A stretch of DNA of 62,687 nt, counting the filler, from Craspedostauros australis (Eukaryota): NCBI GenBank assembly GCA_030167865.1. It is 10 parts of 10 records of this genome, joined end to end, with 100 filler letters (N's around TTAATTAATTAA, not from the genome) between each part and the next. Parts side by side here need not be neighbours in the genome. Positions count along the whole stretch, not along the records: positions 12,704 to 29,766 come from JALAGF010003652.1; positions 29,867 to 32,645 come from JALAGF010003653.1; positions 32,746 to 36,798 come from JALAGF010003654.1; 7 more parts are not named here. One strand, written 5' to 3'. The notes below the pieces were generated by a model that saw only the letters and a program-made list of their open reading frames with translations, was not told where the DNA came from and made no database searches. The translations under genes and the position numbers were made by a program. Below are positions 22,204 through 34,470 of this stretch, one piece after another; the stretch's first letter is position 1, and each line of letters begins with the position of its first letter.

Positions 22204-24381
22204 TTGGTAGAAGAGGACGGTGTCAGACTGATAGCAGAGAATCAAACGGAGATCAAGCAATCGCAACAGGCCGACACGAAATCGAAGGCGAGCAAGCCCA
22301 CAATCATAGCCAAAGAGGCCAAAGCAGCTGCAAAATCAGGTGGTCGTGCGAGTGTCAGCACAGATACACCAAGCAGGGCCAATAGAAGTACAGCAAAAGA
22401 TGCGAAAGCTTCAGCTGTGAAACGATCATGTGCAAAGAGTCTGGACATGCTCGACATGCAAGATCACGAGATGTCATTCAGCTCCCCTGATCTCACCAAG
22501 TTCAACAACAACGAATCCATACAGACGCCAAACACCCCAGGTGGACTCAGCTTCGCCACAGCCCCGGCACTCGGCGCAACCCGTGAACGAAGCAGTCAAG
22601 ACAAGATGAAGTTTGCCCAGAGTCGGAGACGCAGGCCAAGGACACAACCGAATTCCAACGGAACGACCAGCAACGCCAAATCGAGGAGCAAGAGTTTGGA
22701 ATTCTCGAAGGACGGACACAACATGCCAGGCACATCAGTCACAACAGTCACATCAGGCGCGATGAGTGCAGCCAGCATCCCGGATCTATCTCGAGTTGGA
22801 AGATCGAAGAAGTCACGCAGCAAGAGCCTGGAGTCACTGTCCAATCTGCCAAGTCTCCACAACGACGACGGCAGCGTCGAAGTTGCGACAAGTGCTGCTG
22901 CAACGAACGGTGGGAGAAGCTTGGCGGCCCCTGTCACGCCTGGAGGTCGGAGCGCGGCATCTACACCAGCCCCCTTTCCCTTCAGCCGCACACATGAAGA
23001 GAGACAACAGTCTTCGTCGTTGAACAAGCGCAGGTCAACGTTGGAAAGCATCCTCAAGATCAAATCATCATCATTACGTGAAGTATCGTCGACCAATCCT
23101 CCCAAACCGAAGCAACGACCATCTCTCAAATCTCGACCATCGCAATTGGCCGATCTCGCCTTGACTGAAGCATCCGCAAAGGCGCCATCATCGTCGCCAC
23201 CGTCATCATCATCACAGTCCAAATCCAAACTCGATCTTCAACAGTTCGAACGCAAACACGAACATGGAGGCGTCTCGGCCACACACCTCAAGCCTCATCC
23301 AGTCCTGGAACCTTGAGTTTGGGAATCGAATTGCAATCGAGCAAGAAGGACCAGGTGGCTCCTTCTCACAACAGATCCGCACGCAGTTCGTTGCGCCCAA
23401 GCGAAGACTCAAAGCAACGACGTTCACACGGACGAAGCGCGGGTGTTCTGCGTGATGAGAAGCGATCAAGGAAAGGATCTCCAAGGTGCTTGGCAATGGG
23501 CCCCAACGTCACCACTCCAGCAAAACAAGAGACGTGTCATCACCATTGATATTACCATCGATATCACCGTGGATATCACCGTCGCCACGGCATCGGCGGA
23601 GAAGCGCACAGCACACCAGCGGTAAGCCGCACTCAACATTGTCAAGATCAAAGAGTGTGGAGCATTCGCCATCATTGCGTCATCGTCGTGACGGAGAAAT
23701 TCATACTTTCTCCTCTGGAAGAAGCCGCCGCTCGTCATCGGCGCAGAGTCGTCGAGGCCCGTCCGATCGCGATCACAGAAGACTGCGCAAGTATCGACGG
23801 ACTCATCGCCATCATTGGAGAGACAACGGACATCTGGCAGCTCGGATGACATAAACGCAGCCTCGCGCTCACGCGAAACCAACTCAAATGCGCACTCCAC
23901 CGGTACTGGTTTGCACCAACGCAAGGGCTCACCTTCACGAACGCATGTCCGGGGAAGTTCGCGAAGACCAAATCAACGTGGCCATAGCCAATCGACACCA
24001 TGTGGCGAAGATCAGCGAAGGAAATCCTCTGATGAACGATCACGATCAACACGACCACGAAGCAGATCAAGAGGATATCGAAATTGCAGTGTCGAACAGC
24101 ACAGCGATGAGAGAGATGAAGATGGACGACATGGCAAGGAACGCCATGGCAAAGAACAACATGGCCAACAACAGCATGGCAACAAACGTTCGTCATCACG
24201 CGGGGCCCTTCAATCAAATTGTTGTGCACGAAGCAGATCATCGACTCGCGATGCTGTCTACCATGAGAAGCTGTCTGGCACAAAACCACTGCAATTCACA
24301 CCAAAGAATGCGGCCAGGAGCAAGATCGCGTCTCAGTGCCGCCATCGCTTGATGAATGGTACCAAAACTCCCACCCCGTGA
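22204..24381 (+). CDS. Ser/Arg-rich low-complexity hypothetical protein (interrupted; frameshifts or introns)
   Basis: The 370-aa ORF with repeated SRSKSLE is followed by similarly biased ORFs at 23486-23854 and 23815-24381. Confidence 0.45.
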
Positions 24382-24534
24382 TGCATCACGACATGATGGG
24401 ATGGAATGAGATGGATGGGCCGCTCCGTATTTGTATCATGCTCATAGAGGTATGGTAGACTCATGTCGCTGTAATGCAATACACCTACGAATAAACTGTA
24501 CTTCTCTACGTATGCTTGGAACAGTACCGCATGC

Positions 24535-25890
24535 ACTATATCTGCTCGTGCAATAGAACACTGTGATGAAGTGACCAGATGTTTCAAGAGATTGAAGGGC
24601 TGGATACTGCTCCCGCGCTGCCTCTGCCTTGTCTGCAACTTGTCTGGTCCGCTCTCTGCGGTATAGTACATACCCACACAGGGATGTTGCCAATGTCATT
24701 CACGAGCAGATTGGACGTCCGTGGTTCCATCCACACTCCGCCATCAGCATCCTTGTTGGTTCATTGCTCAGACAAAGGACGCATGGCAGCAGCATTTTCA
24801 CAAGCCGTGCGGTCGTCACAGGGCGGTCGTCACCATGCCACCGGATTCGCACACAGAGCAATCTCCACTCCAAGTTACACTACCAGGCAGATGCAAAGCA
24901 ACAGTGCCGATGCCAGTCGATCCAAGTTTCTGGAAGAGGCGATCGACGAAGAACACATGGCGAACAAGGCAGAGAGAAATGGTGAGAAGCCGCGAGGAGC
25001 ATGGTTGCTACACGGTTCCATTGACCGTCCCGTATCGCGCTGTTGTCCTCATCTCACCATGAGTTGCACTCCGCCATTGCGCCAACACTGCAGTCGAGAC
25101 CCTCACCAAGTCTCAGGAGGAGCAATCACTCGCGGTTACAGCAACAATTGCCAGGGTCACCATCCATTCCATTCTTCGAAGCGAGCAGTGCCAGCATGGC
25201 GGAAAGACAAGAACCGGCGAGCCAGCGCAGTCCAAACATCCAGAGTGCTTGACGAGCAAAAGAAGAAACCAACGAACCAACCAACCAACAAGCAACCCCA
25301 TGCAGAGTGCGAGTACTGTATTGCGGATCATGGTTGACACAGAGTTCCATATGGCACACGAAGCACGTGGCCAGCGATCAATGGCCCATTCGCACTGTAC
25401 ACCCACATATCCTCCTTTGTGGTGCTCCCAACTTCGTTCGTGAGGCGGAGGTTCCTGTCGATCGCCTCGGTTGAGCATCGATGCTCTGGAAGTCACGAGC
25501 CAAGACGGCGGCACTCATGCCTATTGATAGAATGCGCGTGGTGTTGTGTGTTGGTGGTCCGTGTGGCAGGAACAGTGGAGGCGGCACGGTATCGCTCCGT
25601 CTGTTGATTGCTCAACGTGTCAGCCCATCCCAATATGCAATGTGGTGTTGGTTTGATGTTGGGGACTCTTGTTGCCCGCGCTGATGGTGATGCTTGCAAT
25701 GCGGTGGGATGGCAACCAGCCAAATCCAAATGAGATGGGTGGCAATCAACACAGGCAATCAACAAAGGCAGTCACATTGGTGGCTTCATCGGTGGCTTCA
25801 TGGTTGTTCGAGGCATTGGCTCACACCTCAAGTTGGTGCTTGCGATGGCAGGCGGACGAGGGTCAGCGGTCTTGCAGATGCCACGATGAC
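24535..25890. repeat. Segmental duplicate of about 27915-29245
   Basis: Colinear, diverged sequence, for example ACACAGGGATGTTGCC.ATGTCATTCACGAGCAGATTGGACGTCCGTG in both copies. Confidence 0.9.
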
Positions 25891-26388
25891 AGCTCTCTCT
25901 GTTTCCGATGACTTTCACGTTGTTTGCTTCGGATTGGTGTTGCGTTGATTGTGGCCAAACGAGAACTCTGTTGTGGTGCTTCTTTCTTGTTGTTGGTCGC
26001 ACGCATTTTCGTGATGGATGGGAACAGAAAGATCCAATCCGCGCGAACCAGACGCGTTTGATCAAGAGAAGGAGACAAACACAGGCAAACAGAAGGAGGA
26101 GACCATGCGAACAAGACAACAACACACACATCACCCAACACCATACTTGAGCACATCAACAACAGACATCGAACTGCCACTCATATTCATCACACAGCGT
26201 ATGGTACTCATACTCATACTAATACAAGCTGTTGCATACACCACCATCGATATCTCTTCCATAGGCAGCTCAGACCACAGACATCCTCGACAGCCAATCC
26301 AACGTAAATCGTCCAACGTCCAACGTCTATCGTCCAACGTCCAACGTCTATCGTCCAGCAACCATCGACCATCCACCACACTCTCAAA

Positions 26389-27027
26389 ATGCCGAGTGTT
26401 ACGAACAAACAACTCATTGATGCTGCCAAGGCAAGTGACTTGTCGGTGTTGAAGGCGTGGAAGAAGCAGAACAAGACGCAGAATGAAGGAGTTGATGTCA
26501 ACAAGGTTACAGACAGCTTTGGTTACACTCCCCTTCATGTGGCATGCCGCAACGGCCACCTGGAGTGTGTGAACTATCTCATCGAATCATGTGAGGCGAA
26601 CATCAACTACAAAAACAACCATGGTTGGACTCCCCTTCATCATGCATGCGACTATGGCCACCTGGAGTGTGTGAAGTACCTCATCGAATCATGTGAGGCG
26701 AACATCAACTGCAAAGACAACAATGGTGAGACTCCCCTTCATCGCGCATGCTACAACGGCTACCTGGAGTGTGTGAAGTACCTCATCGAATCATGTGGGG
26801 CAAACATCAACTGCAAAGACAACCATGGTGACACTCCCCTTCATCACACATGCGACGATGGCGACCTGGAGTGTATCGAGTACCTCATCGAATCATGTGG
26901 AGCGAACATCAACTGCCAAAACGACCATGGTGAGACTCCCCTTCATGAGGCATGCTACAACGGCCACCTGGAGTGTATGGAGTCCCTCATCAGAGGACTT
27001 TCGCCTTCAGCTCACCCACAACTGTAA
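26389..27027 (+). CDS. Ankyrin-repeat protein (5 repeats), family copy B
   Basis: 102-bp tandem DNA repeats encode TPLHxACxxGxLECVxYLIESC.ANIN. Confidence 0.9.
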   Translation: MPSVTNKQLIDAAKASDLSVLKAWKKQNKTQNEGVDVNKVTDSFGYTPLHVACRNGHLECVNYLIESCEANINYKNNHGWTPLHHACDYGHLECVKYLIESCEANINCKDNNGETPLHRACYNGYLECVKYLIESCGANINCKDNHGDTPLHHTCDDGDLECIEYLIESCGANINCQNDHGETPLHEACYNGHLECMESLIRGLSPSAHPQL

Positions 27028-27199
27028 CAACTGCAGCAACGCTTACAACAAAACGAACAAGCAAATGAACAATCACAAGAACAGTTGGGACAGCAGTTGA
27101 AGCGAAAGAGCCAAGAGAATGAACACAAACACAGCAGCAACAAGAGGACCAACATCAACATTTGAGAAGGTCAGCCATATCCTTCTAAACTGGGAACAG

Positions 27200-27934
27200 G
27201 ACAGACTCCATATTCTTGTGTGGACAAGGCGACGAACAGCAACCAATCAAGACAAACGCCGAAGTCCTGATGATCACCATCCCACCCATTGAGACACTGA
27301 TCGACAAAGGAATCCAACATCAGCACACGAATGATGACACCGAAGACGGCGCGGCTCCATCCAAACAACCATCCCTCTTCCCAACATTCAACCAAACCAT
27401 GTCCGATACGTCCTCCAATGCATCTACACAGGCGAGATATCCCTCAATGACAGCGCTCGTGACAACGCCGCCACTCACATCGGTGCTCACGCCAACGCTC
27501 ACCACGATACAGATGCCTCTCACCAGCCAACTCCCACTCTCACTGGACAGGATGATCTGCAACAGCTGATCCTTGTGGCCAATGAGTTCGGTTTCTGGCA
27601 ACTCAAGCTTGTTCTTGAATCAGAGCTAGCGCACAAGCATTTCACAGAAGACAGCATGATAGATGTGTTGATATTCGCTCATCAGCACAACTGCGTGGTG
27701 TTGAAGGATGCAGCAATGAGAGTGACAGCTGAAAGTGAGAAGGATACGTTCACTCATCTAGATTTAAGCAAACTGATTCCGCAACCCCAACTGATGACGG
27801 AGATCCAGGTGTCTTGCAGTGGGAGAGCCAAGAGTGATGGTACTGATGATGAGTACAGTTGTATGTTCATGATGGACCTGTACAAGGTTACGGATGAGGA
27901 TGAGAGCACAGTACTACATCTGCTCGTGCAATAG
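27200..27934 (+). pseudogene. Frameshifted BTB/POZ-BACK-like segment downstream of ankyrin copy B
   Basis: DSIFLCGQGDEQQPIKTNAEVLMITIP ... VANEFGFWQLKLVLE ... HNCVVLKDAAM. Paralog of 19515-20252. Confidence 0.7.
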
Positions 27935-29866
27935 AACGCTGTGATGAAGGCACCGGATGTTTCAAGAGGTTGAAGGGCTGGATACTGCTTCCACGCTACC
28001 TCCTTGTCTACGACTTGTCTGGCCCGCTCTCGACGGTACATACGCACACAGGGATGTTGCCGATGTCATTCACGAGCAGATTGGACGTCCGTGATTCCAT
28101 CCATGCCCCGCCATCAGCATCGTTGTTGGTTCGTTGCGCAGACAATGGACACATGGCAGCACCATTTTCACAAGCCGTGCGGTCGTCACAGGGCGGACGT
28201 CACCGTGCCACCGGATTCGCACACAGAGCACTCCAAGTCACACACTGCCAAGCAGATTCAAAGCGACAGTGCCAATGCCAGCCGATCCAAGTTCCTGGAA
28301 GAGGCGATCTGCGAAGAGCATATGGCAATCAAGGCAGAGAGAAATGGTGAGAAGCCGCGAGGAGCATGGTTGCTGCACGGTTCTATCGACCGTCCCGTAT
28401 CACGCTACTGTCTTCATCTCACCAGGAGTTGCACTCCCACCATTGCGCCAAAGCTGCCGTCGAGACCCTCACCAAATCCCAGGAGGAGTGATCACTCACC
28501 GTTGAAGCAACAAATGCCAAGGTCACCATCCATTCCGATCTTCGAAGCTGCCAGTGCCAGTGTGGCGGAAAGACAGGAACCGACGAGCCAGTGCAGTCCA
28601 AGCATCCAGAGAGCTTGACAAGCAAAAGAAGAAACCAACAAACCAACAAGCAACGATCAACCCCATGCAGAGTGCGAGTGCTGTATTGCGGATCATGGTT
28701 GACACAGAGTTTCCATTTGGTGCAAGAAGCATGCGGTCAGCAATCCATGGCCCATGAGCACCATATCCCCACATGTCCTCCTTTGTGGTACTCCCAACTT
28801 CGTTGATGAGGTGGATGTTCCTGTCAATCACCTCGGTTGAGCATCGATGCTCTGCAAGTCACGAGCCAAGATGGCGGCGCTCATGCCTCAGGATAGAATG
28901 CGCATGGTATGATATGTTGGTGATCTGTGCAGCAAGAACAGTGGAGGTGGCACGGTATCGCTCTGCTTGTTGATTGTTGAAGGTGCCAACCCATCCCAAT
29001 ACGCAATGGGGTGTTGATTCGGTGTTGAGGACTCTTGTTGCCCGCGCAGATGGTGATGCTTGCAATGCGGTGGGATGGCAACCAGCCAAGTCCAAATGAG
29101 ATGGGTCGCAAGCAACAAAGGCAACCAACAAACGCAGTCACGTCAGTGGCTTCATCTTTGTTCGAGGCATTGGCTCGCACCACAAGTTGGTGCTTGCGAT
29201 GGCAGGCGGACAAGCGTCAGCGGTCTTGCAGATGCCACGATCACACAAGCAAGCGTGGGTCATGGTGTACATGGTGGTGGCATCATCTCTTACCTTGGTC
29301 GTTTCTGTTCAATCTGTTCGGCGTACCCCACCGCATTTCGCGCAGCCGCTTGCTTGCCTCGCCGCTTCGTTGCTTGGCTGGCGCTGCTTCCATGTTGGCG
29401 ACACTTCCATCAACGCAAACGTGGTCATGGTCATTTGGTGGGAACTTCGCCGAACCAAAGATCTCTTTTTCGGGCGGTGTCAAGAATTTTGGCGCGCTTC
29501 ACTCGTCTGTATGTCATCCGTGGCTGATTCCTCTCAAAAATGGCGGGTCTCGATTTGCCACGATTGTGCGGCTGGAAAATCAACGATGACGAGGACGCAA
29601 ACACATGCTCAAGCTGGAACGGTCATTTTTGTTGTCACTCAGCTCTGTTCGACGATGGCGATGATGGCGATGATGGCGATGATGACCCTCCCAAAGGCCG
29701 GAAATGAGACCCAACGCTGGGATCGCAGAGCGGAGCAGGAGACAACATGAGGAAGTGAAGCTCCACNNNNNNNNNNNNNNNNNNNNNNNNNNNNNNNNNN
29801 NNNNNNNNNNTTAATTAATTAANNNNNNNNNNNNNNNNNNNNNNNNNNNNNNNNNNNNNNNNNNNN

Positions 29867-30362
29867 CATGGAGGGCATTCTCACCCTTCTCATCTTGCAC
29901 GAGAGCGCTTGCAGAATGTGACTCGATCAGAGTCTTCACGATGGCCACATGACCCTCGGTACAAGCGTCGTGGAGTGCCACCTTGCCGGAGTTATCCTGG
30001 AGGTTGACATCTGCGGCATGCGATCCGGCCAGGTATTCCACGACATCAAGGTTGCCCTGTGCGCATGCATAGTGTAGCGCAGTCTCTCCATCCATGGATT
30101 TGGCATTGACGTTTGCTCCGCATGATTCCATCAACTGTTTGATCGTTTCAAGTTGGCCGTTGGAGCATGCGAAGTGGAGTGCAGTCTTGTCGCGGTCATC
30201 CTTGATCGTGTCGATGGAGGTTTGTGGGAATGCTGTCTTCCACGCAGTGAGGGTATCCATGTCTCCTTGTTCTGCGGCGCGTAGGAGATCCTGATGGGTG
30301 ATGATTGACGGGGATGCATCATCAGAGGTCGACTTGGGCGGAATGAGAGACGGTGAGGTCAT
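29867..30362 (-). CDS. Ankyrin-repeat protein, near-identical copy of 12704-13199
   Basis: Same translation and the same contig-end breakpoint. Confidence 0.85.
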
Positions 30363-31803
30363 GGATAGTGATGTCCGGACTTGATGGTTGTGGTTGCGCA
30401 ATGGTGAGGCGAACAGCGCAACGAGTGGGGGGAGGATGAAGACCACGATGGAGCTGGTGTGTGTCGAAAAGGGATGACTTGTTGCTGAGATCAGATCAAT
30501 GCGACGGGCTTTTTCGATGTGATTGATTGATTGCTTGGATGATCGTAGTCCCTTGATCTCATCTCTGTCTGCTTTTTATGAAGCGATCATCTTCTGTTTC
30601 GTGGTCGTTGGTGGTGGTATCCCGTGCTCCGTTTCACGCAGCGTGCATGGCATTACGTTGATTGTTGTTTCACGATGTTTCTCATTTCATATTGCTTCCG
30701 CGATGTCGCTGTGATCACCCGATCTACTTTGGCATCAACGTGAACATCAGCTTGAACATTGTCTTGAACGTGATCGTGGCCGTGACCGCGGCCGTGGCCA
30801 GCCACAGAAGGAGAAAGTTCATCGTGGGCGCAGGTGTCGGAAGTCATCATTGCCCAAACATCTTTGGAACGTGGAGACGATCGAAGATCCTGCGAGCGTG
30901 GTACGACTATGTTGCAAAGAATGAGAGTCAACACGAATCTGGAGAAACCGCTGGTATTACGTGTTGGATCGTGCCCGCTCTGTGGCGCCGAAATTGGTCA
31001 CGGCCATCTTCTGCACTGCTGCTGCTGCTGTTGTTGTTGTTGTTCTCATCTGTTTTCCAGGAAGGTACGATGGATCGGTTGCGTTCTTGTAGTGCCATGG
31101 CGACTGATGCCCCTCCTGAACGTAATTCTCCGCGTGTGCGTGGACGAGAGGAAGAACACGGCGGAAGTGTTCGTGCTGTGGGATCTCCGGCTGCTGATGC
31201 TACTACTTTGGATCTCTCTACTCGTTGGTCGATACTTCTGCTGGTACCACTTCTGCTGATAGCACTTCTACTCGTATGCACATCATCATCATTGTGTTTG
31301 TTGCAGCGTCGTCAGTTCCGTGGCTGGTGGTGCAATGGGGCATCCATGATCGTCATACGAGTGCTCATCTCACACCACGCTTTTCCTCACTCTCTGTGTC
31401 ATTCTTGTTCTCACGATGTTGTTTGTTGTCTTCTTGAGGGAGAAGCTCAGCGAACGCAAATGGCGAACATTTCTGAGTCAAGGGATCCGCGGATCCCTCC
31501 TCACACTCGCACGACTTGTTTGAGTGATGGGACCTCAAGATCGCATTCGAAACACTCACAACGACACAGGCCGCGCTACGACTCGTGCGCAAAGAGAGAG
31601 ACAAAGAGAGGACCATGCGACCAAGACAAGACAACAACACACACCATTCCGCCCCATACTCGAGCACACTAACAACAGACATCGAGTTGCCACTCATAGC
31701 AATACAAGGTATTGAAGACACACGATCGATATCTCTGCTGTAGATAGCTCAGACCACGCACTTCCTTAACAGCCAATCCAACGCCATCGACCATCCCCTC
31801 AAA

Positions 31804-32643
31804 ATGCCGAATGTCAAAGACCAACAACTCATTGATGCTGCCAGAGCAGGTGACTTGTCGGTGTTGAAGGAATGGAAGAAGCAGGACGAGACGCAGAACG
31901 AAGGAGTTGATGTCAACAAGGTTACAGACTGGGTTGGTTCCACTCCCCTACATGCGGCATGCCGCAACGGCCAGCTGGAGTGTGTGAAGTACCTCATCAA
32001 ATCATGTGGGGCGGACGTCAACTGCCAAAACAACCCTGGTGACGCTCCCCTTCATTTCGCATGCGACCGTGGCTACCTGGAGTGTGTGAAGTACCTCATC
32101 AAATCATGTGAGGCGAACATCAACTGCAAAGACAACCAGCGCAACACTCCCCTTCATCGGGCATGCTCCAACGGCCACATGGAGTGTGCGGAGTACCTCA
32201 TCGAATCATGTGGAGCAAACATCAACTGCCAAAACAACAATGGTTCCACTTCCCTTCATTGGGCATGCATGTTCGGCAAGCTGGACTGTGTCAAGTACCT
32301 CATCGAATCATGTGGTGCTAACATCAGCTACAAAGACAACCATGGTGACACCCCCCTTCATTCGGCATGCTTTGGTGCCCAGTTGGAGTGTATCGAGTAC
32401 CTCATCGAATCATGTGAGGCGAACATCAACTGCCAAACCAACCATGGTTGGACTCCCCTTCATTACGCATGCAGTGATGGCTACCTGGAGTGTATCGAGT
32501 ACATCATTGGATCAGCCAATGCCGATGTCGACATACAAAACAACGGCAACAACACACCCCTCGATTTGCTCGATGCAGAAGATTACGCCAAAATCAAGAG
32601 ATTAATCATTAAGCGTCCCAGCCACCGCAACCCACAACTGTAA
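31804..32643 (+). CDS. Ankyrin-repeat protein (6 full repeats plus cap), family copy C
   Basis: Intact 279-aa ORF built from 34-aa ankyrin units. Confidence 0.92.
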   Translation: MPNVKDQQLIDAARAGDLSVLKEWKKQDETQNEGVDVNKVTDWVGSTPLHAACRNGQLECVKYLIKSCGADVNCQNNPGDAPLHFACDRGYLECVKYLIKSCEANINCKDNQRNTPLHRACSNGHMECAEYLIESCGANINCQNNNGSTSLHWACMFGKLDCVKYLIESCGANISYKDNHGDTPLHSACFGAQLECIEYLIESCEANINCQTNHGWTPLHYACSDGYLECIEYIIGSANADVDIQNNGNNTPLDLLDAEDYAKIKRLIIKRPSHRNPQL

Positions 32644-32745
32644 CANNNNNNNNNNNNNNNNNNNNNNNNNNNNNNNNNNNNNNNNNNNNTTAATTAATTA
32701 ANNNNNNNNNNNNNNNNNNNNNNNNNNNNNNNNNNNNNNNNNNNN

Positions 32746-34114
32746 CTACGAGACCTTCAGCATGCAGGAGCAAATCGAAGCGTTCCAAAACATCGACATC
32801 ATTCTCACGCCACACGGTGCACAGGAGAGCACCTTGTTTTTCATGCCGCAGTGTTCGTCAGTCATCGAAGTCTTCCCCCACACCTTCGACTTTCGACGGT
32901 GGTTCGGGTCGTTGGCTGCACTATCCAATCTTAACCATACCGTCATCTACCTTGGGAAGGATATCGACGAAGAGAGGAAGGAGGCCATGAAGACACTGGA
33001 ATCTCGAAGAATAGCGCGCGAACAGCTATTATGCACGCCGATCGATACGATCCTGGAAGCTTTGTCGCAGCAGATCCACAATTGGAGACAGCGCTGCGGT
33101 TTTACGTCTACGAGTATGCCAGACCTCAACTAGAAAGAAGCCTAGCATTTCATGCCCGCAGTTTCATTTGCGGCGCAGCCGCTGCTTGAGTTCCTGCCCT
33201 CCGCATTCTCGTCTTCAACGATGATTTCTCTCTCTCTCTCTTCTGGACTGTCTTATCGTAGAGTGCATATAATAGCTTCCGATTGGATCTGAACATATTG
33301 CATTATTGATATGATGTCATGCTCGACTCTGTTTAGCTCGTACAGTGCGAGTATGTTCCATACGAGCTATTCTACGAGTTTGTACAATGATCTCTGATGA
33401 TGTTACTCTTTCCTCTGCAGGTTTCTCTCTGGATTTCAGAACTCCATTTCTGTTTTTTTGTGGCGTGTGCTGCATTCTGTTTTTTGTTCTTTCCTGTTGT
33501 GCTTCGCCATTTGTCATTCGCCGCCTTCTCCATTGAACTTCGGACAATCTCGTCTCACCACACGAATCAAGTGTGCGAAGCAACAAACTGGTGAAATTCG
33601 CGGTTTTTCCTTTTGGAGAGGGCGCCATTCTTTCATGTTCCATCGGTGCTCACATCATGGTCTGCGATTGTTTCTTTCCTGACTCGTACCTCCTCCCCTT
33701 TCGTGGTCACAATTTGCCACGACTTCATGGACGGGAAATACTCCCGAAGCATGCGCTGACCACCAACGGGGGAGAACAGATGGGTCGAGGGTGGAATAGA
33801 TCGACGATGTGGGCGGATGGCATCCGTGCTCCTCGCTGTCATAAATCCAATCATCCAATCGTCGCAAGCGGCACGACCACCAACAACCATGGTCGATTCC
33901 ACTCAGATCATCATCCCAACTCATGCACATGCGCATGAGCATGCAAGTGACGACGACAGCTCATCTGCAAAGAGCACGAACATTGGTGTTGGCATTGGCA
34001 CCGATGTTGTTGTTGTCAGCCACCACGATGGCTATTATGACGACGATGACAACGACGCTGCCCCAATCATGGACGGAAGGGGAGCAGACAAGCCTTCCTT
34101 CGGCACCATCAACA
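32746..34114. repeat. Reverse-complement overlap with 36899-38267 (unmerged contig overlap; includes the GT61 3' end)
   Basis: Apparently identical 1369-bp sequence in opposite orientation at two contig ends. Confidence 0.95.
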
Positions 34115-34470
34115 GCAACCGCATGAATGAACAAGCATTGCGCAAGAAGAGGCGGCGCCGTCACCTTCGTCGATGTTGCCACGTGGCACTGCTTGGAGGT
34201 ACCATCGCTTGCATGGTTGTGGGAGGGACTACACTGCTCGCTGTCGCTATCACCGTCAGGGGCGTCCAATGTATCGTGCTTGTGCGCCGACAAGTAAAGC
34301 GTAGAAATCGTCGCAAGCGGGAGCGCAGGGCGCAGGCCGATGGCACGAACGACTCCGACGATATGACTGTTGATACTCAAGGATCCGTGGTGTCGATCGA
34401 AGACAGTGTTGAGAGGGACAATGTGGACGAGGATGAAGAAGCGGCCTTTGTGCCCACAAAGGTCGCATGA
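33817..34470 (+). CDS. Hypothetical membrane protein
   Basis: 217-aa ORF with acidic ends and a hydrophobic segment flanked by basic clusters. Confidence 0.6.
   Translation: MASVLLAVINPIIQSSQAARPPTTMVDSTQIIIPTHAHAHEHASDDDSSSAKSTNIGVGIGTDVVVVSHHDGYYDDDDNDAAPIMDGRGADKPSFGTINSNRMNEQALRKKRRRRHLRRCCHVALLGGTIACMVVGGTTLLAVAITVRGVQCIVLVRRQVKRRNRRKRERRAQADGTNDSDDMTVDTQGSVVSIEDSVERDNVDEDEEAAFVPTKVA

Noticed and set aside
26310..26357. 7-bp tandem repeat and 102-bp ankyrin repeats as a CRISPR-like array
   Set aside because: These are simple slippage and coding repeats, with no repeat-spacer structure and no cas genes.
24579..29589. Plus-strand ORFs in the duplicated block (24579-25337, 28004-28618, 29035-29589)
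   Set aside because: Frames are not preserved between the two copies and there are no domain motifs, so this is probably decayed sequence.
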